DNA of 34,000 nt from Octopus bimaculoides (taxonomy: Eukaryota). Each line of letters starts with the position of its first letter. The stretch's first letter is position 1. The notes under the pieces are model-generated. The model saw only the letters and a list, made by a program, of their open reading frames with translations, made no database searches and had not been told where the DNA came from. Below are positions 29,279 through 34,000 of the stretch, one piece after another. The DNA is taken from NCBI RefSeq assembly GCF_001194135.2, contig NC_068983.1, forward strand, positions 165,722,966 to 165,756,965, given 5' to 3'. A program made the position numbers and the translations under genes.

Positions 29279-31319
29279 CTACATGCTATACATATTAAGT
29301 AACCGTTTAGTAATTAGAACTAAATAATTATACATAATCATGCCACTAGTTGATTAGTCTGTGTGATTGGCAGCGTTCCTTTCAATGTGTTCAATAGAAA
29401 CTGAAGTCTTTGCGAAGTTTTCATTTATCTATTATGAGCGACTTGTCTTATTATCCAGGTCAAATTCTTCTTAGGTACGCTTTCCAAATATTTATAATTT
29501 AGTGGAATATTAAAACGGAAGCTGGCCTCAATAATTGGTTTCACTTTCTCTGTGTAATGACAGTAAATCTTATTATGTATAATTATGAATTAATAATTGA
29601 ATCGTTCTACGAACAATTATGATGTAGACGAGAACATCCTGTGCTATGATGTTGTAAGCGAGCGCAACAGAATTAAAATTGAGATACAGATGGAGAAAAA
29701 TATAGCAATCCTTGTTTTTCAAATGCTTCATGATTCAGACTAAGCAAGTGTAAATATGATAACATCTAAAAGAAGATGCATTCTCTTCATTGGCTTTTGG
29801 TGAGGAATTGATGTCATTAGACGATACCCAATGATCTGAATCGAGCCTGAATTGTAACACACTTTCCCGTTGGTGGTGGGTGAGCAGTGGAGACCAAATC
29901 ACTGCTCACCGTCTCTTTCTCCTGGCTTGCAGCTTAACCCCTCTTCCTTGTTTCATAATCAGGAACAGGCTCTTTATACCGCTGCCTTTCCCATCCTGCC
30001 CACAGCCATCTTTCGCTATTTTCCTCTAATTCCAATCTCTACAAGCATTCACCACACTGTCCGGGCAGTACATTATCTCTAGAATACAAGACAGAGAGGA
30101 GGGCTGGCAGTTTGCAGCATTTACTTGAAAACAAAACAAACAAAAAAGAACTAGCAAATTAATGCTCATTGCTGCAATCATTTCTATTAACAATGGCAGA
30201 TAATACCACGAGATATATTTTAAGTAGTGACAAGAAGACAATGACACAGAATTAGTTCAAGTAGGCTTTCAATGTTACGTCCTATCATATGACTGTGTCG
30301 TGACTAGCTATTCTGAGACATTCTTGCGAGAGAAAATAGAGAGACATGCTTCTACTACTCAGCCAACGTACTTCAGAATGTTTTTGGAGAAATAGTTTTT
30401 CATGCATGCTAAAAGATAACACAAAGTTGAAAAATGGTACAAAGGCAGGTAAAAATTGTTGCTTTAACAAGTATGTTTCGCTGAGGAGGTCATAATGATA
30501 TCGAAACATATATATATACCTGTGCCCTGTGATTGCCAGAGTAATAAAAATAATAATAGTCTTTAATACATTATTTTTGTTTCTTACCACATAATTATTT
30601 CTCGTTAATTTTATCATGCCTCCTACTTTAAACACGGTAACACTAACTTAGGTACATTCTTTGTTTAGTTGACTAAGATCTCCTCACATTATTTTTAGTT
30701 TATAGAAAAGAAGAGAAAAAGCTTCTTTAAAATTAATATTAGTCGGGCTTCTGAAACAGGCTTAAATCCTTAAAATTGTAATTATAACTTCATATAATTA
30801 CGTAGAATGGCATTATTTAATCTAAGAAGCAATTATCTTAAACAAAACACTTCTACTAGGATGAAAGAAAATATCCAACGTGTCTATATTACTGATTTTC
30901 AATTAGTCAGACTTAATTAGATTAATGTCTACGATATCACGCGAACGAATCTGAAGGAACATGCTTTTGTGTGATATCATATCCTTAAAATATGATATAG
31001 TATCACCTGTCGGGATATTAAATTTTCTAAACTTCCGGAAAGTACTGAACGCTTATGAAGTAACGACTTTTGGAAGAAAAAATACATCTCAGGTTCAATT
31101 TCAAACAGATCAGATATTAGATTTATATAATTTTATATGGAAATGAGACGGTTCCATTGACTTATTCCAGAAAGTTGTTAAATGATACATACAGAGAACT
31201 ACGTCTTGGGAGAAAAACGAAAATATTGAGAATAAATTCTTTGGTTTAACGGTAAAGAAACACCCGACATGTATATTGAAATATTTATTAGAGGATTTGT
31301 TTATTCACTGAATATATAA

Positions 31320-31725
31320 TGAGAGAGATACAGACAGACTGAGAGAGAGACAGAGACAGACAGAGAGACAGGGACAGACAGAGAGAATGTGAGTGAGTGA
31401 GTGAGTGAGTGAATGAGTGAGAGAATGAGTGAGAGAATGAGGTAAAATACGCTTACAAATATGGCTTGACACATTTAAATATTCTTACACGTTACATACA
31501 CACATGCATACATATATACATACATACACACGCATATATGCATACACACATGCATACACACATACATAGATATATACACACATACTCACTAGTTTCTATC
31601 ACTTGGGTTTTTCTTGAGCGGTTACACACACAAATACTACATGTATAAGCATGTGTGTGTGTAGATAGATAAGTAAGTAGGTAGGTAGGTAGGTAGGTAG
31701 GTAGGGAGACATAGACATAGATATA
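31320..31725. repeat. (GA/GACA/GTGA)n, (TACA)n and (GTAG)n microsatellites
   Basis: Direct inspection. Confidence 0.85.
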
Positions 31726-31870
31726 TAGCACCATAAAATTGCATATCTCTGCACAATCTAATGACCCCATGCAAATACGGAATAAAGAACATTTGTCAAG
31801 GAGCAGCATCCTTTGGGCGTGAATAGTTATATCGATGTCATAATTATCTAGAGTTAAATCAGCAACTATA

Positions 31871-31874
<4 letters not shown>

Positions 31875-31956
<82 letters not shown>

Positions 31957-31987
31957 TTGCGTGTGTGTGTATGTATATATCTATCTA

Positions 31988-32039
<52 letters not shown>

Positions 32040-32110
32040 TATGTATATATGGATGTATGTGTGTGTGCGTGTATGTATGTATATATGTGTTTGTGTGTGT
32101 GTGTGTGCAT
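31875..32110. repeat. (TA)n/(TG)n/(CT)n compound microsatellite
   Basis: Direct inspection. Confidence 0.95.
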
Positions 32111-32191
32111 TTGAATATATATATTCAAAAATGAATAAGAAGCAGCTAGAGAGATATAAACAATATTGAAAACACACAGTCAATGTTTGTA

Positions 32192-32638
32192 TTTTGCTAG
32201 TTCGTGGGTAGGCTGCGCTTATAGGCGGGAGAGAATATATTCTCATCAGTGCGCCTGGTGTTAAAACACCTGGAAGTCATAGACAAGCGAGATAACTCGC
32301 GTCAGATCCCATTCAGGAGTAATAGACATCGCTGTTTCGTCATTTTTTGTGACTTGTCGATACTGCGTACCTGAAACGACATACCAGCAGATGGGTCTTA
32401 CACCATTTTGCATATAGTCATAGACAGCAACGTAGCCTCACATCAAGTCTCGTTTCGAGTACGCGGCATTGATAAGAAACAAAAAGGACGAAACATCGAT
32501 GTCTATCGCTCCTGGATGGGATCTGATGTGAGTTATCTTGCTTGTCTATGACACTCCAGGTGTTCTAACACCTGGTACATGGAGAGAAAATATATTCTCT
32601 TATGCTTGTAAGTGCAGCCTACTTATGAACTAGCAAAA
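32192..32638. mobile_element. Foldback / long inverted-repeat element (arms ~188 bp, loop ~70 bp)
   Basis: 32192-32379 aligns to the reverse complement of 32450-32638 at roughly 80% identity; no TSD found, so the mobile-element class is uncertain. Confidence 0.75.
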
Positions 32639-32661
32639 CACATTCCTTATGTATGTGTTTG

Positions 32662-32701
<40 letters not shown>

Positions 32702-32706
<5 letters not shown>

Positions 32707-32885
32707 AAAATAGAAGTTGAAAATGCACTGAGAATAGTTAGAATATCTTTTATTGGTGTATTTTAGGTTTTAACCGTTTTCCCAGTTTTCACTGGTTTTC
32801 AAAAAGTTCAAATAGAAAGACGTGGCTTATGTCGCACCTGTCTTGCTTCTGACTAGTGGTTGAAGCTTGCCCTATTTTTATAGCG
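32702..32885 (-). mobile_element. Probable Penelope-like pLTR remnant with a decayed hammerhead core
   Basis: Minus strand: TATAAAAA...TTGAAAA-CCAGT-GAAA-ACTGG-GAAAAC (32802-32776)...AATAAA, ending in (TA)n. Confidence 0.4.
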
Positions 32886-32889
32886 AGTT

Positions 32890-33325
32890 CAGACCTCTGA
32901 ATATTAGACTCGTACAACAGAGTGTTTTTGCTCATGAATTTGAAGATGGTATATTTAGGAGCTAACAGTACATTCCATTTTGAGCATTAAAATGCGTTTT
33001 AATGCCGATGTTTGGAACATGTCCTTCCAGGATCTACCATACGTATATAACAGTATATATATCTCTCTCTTCGGCGTTCAAGAGAGTAGAGACACAGAGC
33101 TTTCAGGCATTCCCCGTAATCAACGCCATTAGCTGGAATTATTTTAGAGGTGAATGTTCTTTGTAACAATTTCAATTTCTTCTATGAGACCCGGGTGAAT
33201 TTGGAGACCAAAGCTGTGAGCAGCAATCTAACCTGCTCAGAACTAAGGTTTTGCATAGGGTTAGCATAACTACCGGTTCTCTTGTCGTGAAGGTTCGTAG
33301 AATTCACCCTAAGAGATGTCTGTAT
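32890..33325 (-). pseudogene. CR1/L2-type LINE, post-RT 3' coding fragment
   Basis: G*ILRTFTTREPVVMLTLCKTLVLSRLDCCSQLWSP / LQRTFTSKI...DYGECLKALCLYSLERRRERY / YVW*ILEGHVPN. Confidence 0.85.
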
Positions 33326-33624
33326 TTAGAGTAGAGGTGATGCGACTGATGAAAGATGCATCATTTGACACGATTATTCCTAAATCCCATATGTTGTCAG
33401 TGCTCTGAATCATATACATATCTCTGTGTGTGGGGGGTGGGGTGTATTAGTGAGAGAGAGAGAAAAGAACAGAGAGAAGAATGACATCATCCAAAGACTG
33501 GAAGAGCAAATGGAGATCAGAAGATTAGCAAGATGAAGGAGATTAGTGATGAGCTCAAAAGATTTGAACATTGAGTTTCAGGATAACATGAGAGTGCAAG
33601 GGTGAATAATAGAAAGAGGGGGGA

Positions 33625-33711
33625 GAGAGAGAAAGAGAAACTGTAAGAGAGAGAAAGAGAAACTGTAAGAGAGAGAAAGAGAAACTGTAAGAGAGAGAAA
33701 GAGAAACTGTA

Positions 33712-33722
<11 letters not shown>
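33625..33722 (+). repeat. 22-bp minisatellite GAGAGAGAAAGAGAAACTGTAA x4
   Basis: CTGTAA recurs at 33641, 33663, 33685 and 33707. Confidence 0.9.
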
Positions 33723-33742
<20 letters not shown>

Positions 33743-34000
33743 GAGTGACAGAGAAATGGAAGCTTCGTGGAACATTAACTAGAATAGAGGATATCATGTA
33801 GATGAGAAGAATTAGTTTAGAAGAGAATGAAGCAGAGGGGGGGGGGTTCATGAGAAAAGTATGGTTTGCGGGGTTAGGGTTTGGTTTTGCTATTTTTGTT
33901 GTCTTGCTGTTGCTTACGTTGTTGTTGTTGGTGGTGTTTATAAGCAAATCGGTGGGAAGTCGTGGACAGCATCTCGATACCAGAAGCTGCTGGATCAAGC

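Noticed and set aside
33192-33309. Apparent multibranch RNA (GGGTGAATT/AATTCACCC, TGAGCAG/CTGCTCA) and a GGAGACCAAA match to 29889
   Set aside because: The region is CR1-type coding sequence on the minus strand, so the short stems and 10-mer match are incidental.

Overview
This is repeat-dense eukaryotic DNA, most likely an octopus or other cephalopod draft assembly. That assignment is an inference from the SINE families and the very heavy AT/AC/TACA/TAA microsatellite load. About 3.5 kb is N gaps (478-487, 2477-3313, 8172-9136, 15003-15550, 16395-16911, 17906-18534). I recognise no intact host gene, RNA gene or CRISPR array; nearly all ORFs in the supplied track are microsatellite or N-gap artefacts. 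The window holds (i) many tRNA-headed SINEs and SINE-like repeats from at least five families, (ii) decayed non-LTR retrotransposons, namely four distinguishable R4/Dong-like RLE types including an RT pseudo-ORF at 27.2-29.2 kb, plus a CR1/L2-type fragment, (iii) a Ty3/gypsy LTR-PBS-gag stub, (iv) hAT, pogo/Tigger, mariner and Helentron-type non-autonomous DNA elements, and (v) a ~450-bp foldback. The best leads are apparent microsatellite targeting by the RLE elements ((TACA)n versus (TAA)n), the G-U-biased foldback, a near-identical tract shared by two inverted dead LINE copies, and an RLE-into-RLE chimera. All alignments and counts were done by eye.
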